A stretch of 63,993 nt of DNA, filler included, from Basidioascus undulatus (Eukaryota), in NCBI GenBank assembly GCA_000826855.1. It is 6 parts of 6 records of this genome, joined end to end, with 100 filler letters (N's around TTAATTAATTAA, not from the genome) between each part and the next. Parts side by side here need not be neighbours in the genome. Positions count along the whole stretch, not along the records: positions 54,134 to 63,993 come from JTLS01001205.1; 5 more parts are not named here. One strand, 5' to 3'. Under the pieces are notes generated by a model, which worked only from the letters and a program-made list of their open reading frames with translations, was not told where the DNA came from and did not search any database. The translations under genes and the position numbers were made by a program. Below, in pieces: positions 62,901-63,993 of this stretch; position 1 is the first letter of the stretch; every line of letters begins with the position of its first letter.

Positions 62901-63949
62901 TCAGGTCTGTCGCCTTACTGACTGGCTGGCTTTAGAGCGCCTCAACAATCGTTCACATGCTGGGCCTCGCGGATGCCTTTGACCCAAAGTCGTTCTTGGG
63001 TAAGCCATTCCCGGCTCGCGAGGCGTCGCAGTTACTGACATGAGGGGTTTAGCAAACCCTTTCGCGGATCTCCCTATTCTCACGGTGAGTAGATCAAAGT
63101 CTCCTACATACGGAACGGTAGCTGATTGGTATCTTGTCACAGGCCGCCCGCGCATTCCTCAGCGAGCGCGACACGCTCGCAGACACGCCGACGCGCGCTT
63201 ACAACCGTTCGGTCATGGAGGCTAGCTTGAGTACCTGCCGCGACATTTTGCAGAAGACCTCGAAGGTCTGGGGCGGCGTGGGCAACGTTTCTCGGCTGCT
63301 CGCGCAACAAGAACGCGGCGTACTCGATCTCGATCCTGGAGAGGGCGACATCGGCGACACGCAGTGCGTCTGTTCAGTTTCTGACGGCAAGGTTTACTGC
63401 ACGGCCTGCTAACGGATGTTTGCGGTTAGCGTCGACCATGTCCGGGACGTAGAAGTGAGCTACTTGCCCCTTCAAGCCCCCATCGACCACAATATCTTTT
63501 CTTGCCTCCCATTCCTTCAGCTCATCACGCAATGGGCCCGCAAAGCCGTCAGCTCCCGCCGCCCGTCTCTCGCCCGCCACCCTAATTCGTCCACACCTGC
63601 TTCGACATCCGCCGCCGCATCCAACATTCCCATGACCACCTCACCGGGCTCGGCGACCTTCCTCCAAGGGCTCACGAACAGCCCAGACGCCGTAGCGTTT
63701 ACGGGACTCCTCGACACAGCCCTGAACGACCGCGTCCTGCTGCAGAGCATCGAGGCAGACCTCGCGAGCGCGGGCGTGTTCGGCGCGTCGTCCGAGCTGA
63801 CCCTCGACGACATCCTCTCGGTGCCGACTACGGGATCGGCGTTCAGCGCGCTCCTGGGCAACTGGGGAAACGCCGCGACGAACGCGGAGCCGCAGGCTGG
63901 GCCTGCGTCGAGCAACGCCGGTGGTTCTAACGTTCGGCTTTCTTTCTGA
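59971..63949 (+). CDS. Zn(II)2Cys6 transcription factor with a Fungal_trans middle-homology domain; highly fragmented by introns; 3' end may extend past the window
   Basis: Spliced ACNYCRAKKMRCSNESHPCETCKAANVPC; PFFRYFGPTA motif; LEVVQALILISYAEFGSGRDSGLWMWSRMSVSMAMDIGLHR; WWSAFMIDR..SWGTGRPV. Confidence 0.88.
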
Positions 63950-63993
63950 GCGTCGACCTGTATCCGGGCCTCATCTTACGACACTTTCACAAC

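Overview
Eukaryotic, GC-rich, intron-dense fungal DNA, inferred from splice signals and gene content to be a basidiomycete (probably yeast-like Pucciniomycotina). The window is not one locus. It holds six contigs of about 10.7 kb in decreasing size order, joined by artificial 100-bp N44-TTAATTAATTAA-N44 linkers, so adjacency across linkers is meaningless. Recognisable genes: HPT1/XPT1-type purine phosphoribosyltransferase, a DUF4436-like membrane protein, MKT1, tRNA-Asp(GTC) with an intron, a DUF6533-like membrane protein, ATG10, ISU1, a divergent H2A/H2B pair, SPG1/TEM1, an APT1-like thioesterase, ERG26, DIC1, ARP8, a ferric reductase, arsenite methyltransferase, VPS34, DOA10/MARCH6 and a Zn2Cys6 transcription factor. 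Between them lie many decaying sequences (GH5 glucanase, thioredoxin, several F-box genes, a Tad1-like LINE). The most unusual item is an intronless, frameshifted, highly divergent uracil-DNA-glycosylase-like gene (about 14814-16248). It sits just upstream of the tRNA gene and has imperfectly complementary flanks, so it may be an endogenised single-gene segment of a virus or other extrachromosomal element. Splicing oddities include a 3-nt micro-exon in DIC1 and three GC-AG introns in one transcription-factor gene. All protein family calls are from motif recognition by eye, not database searches.
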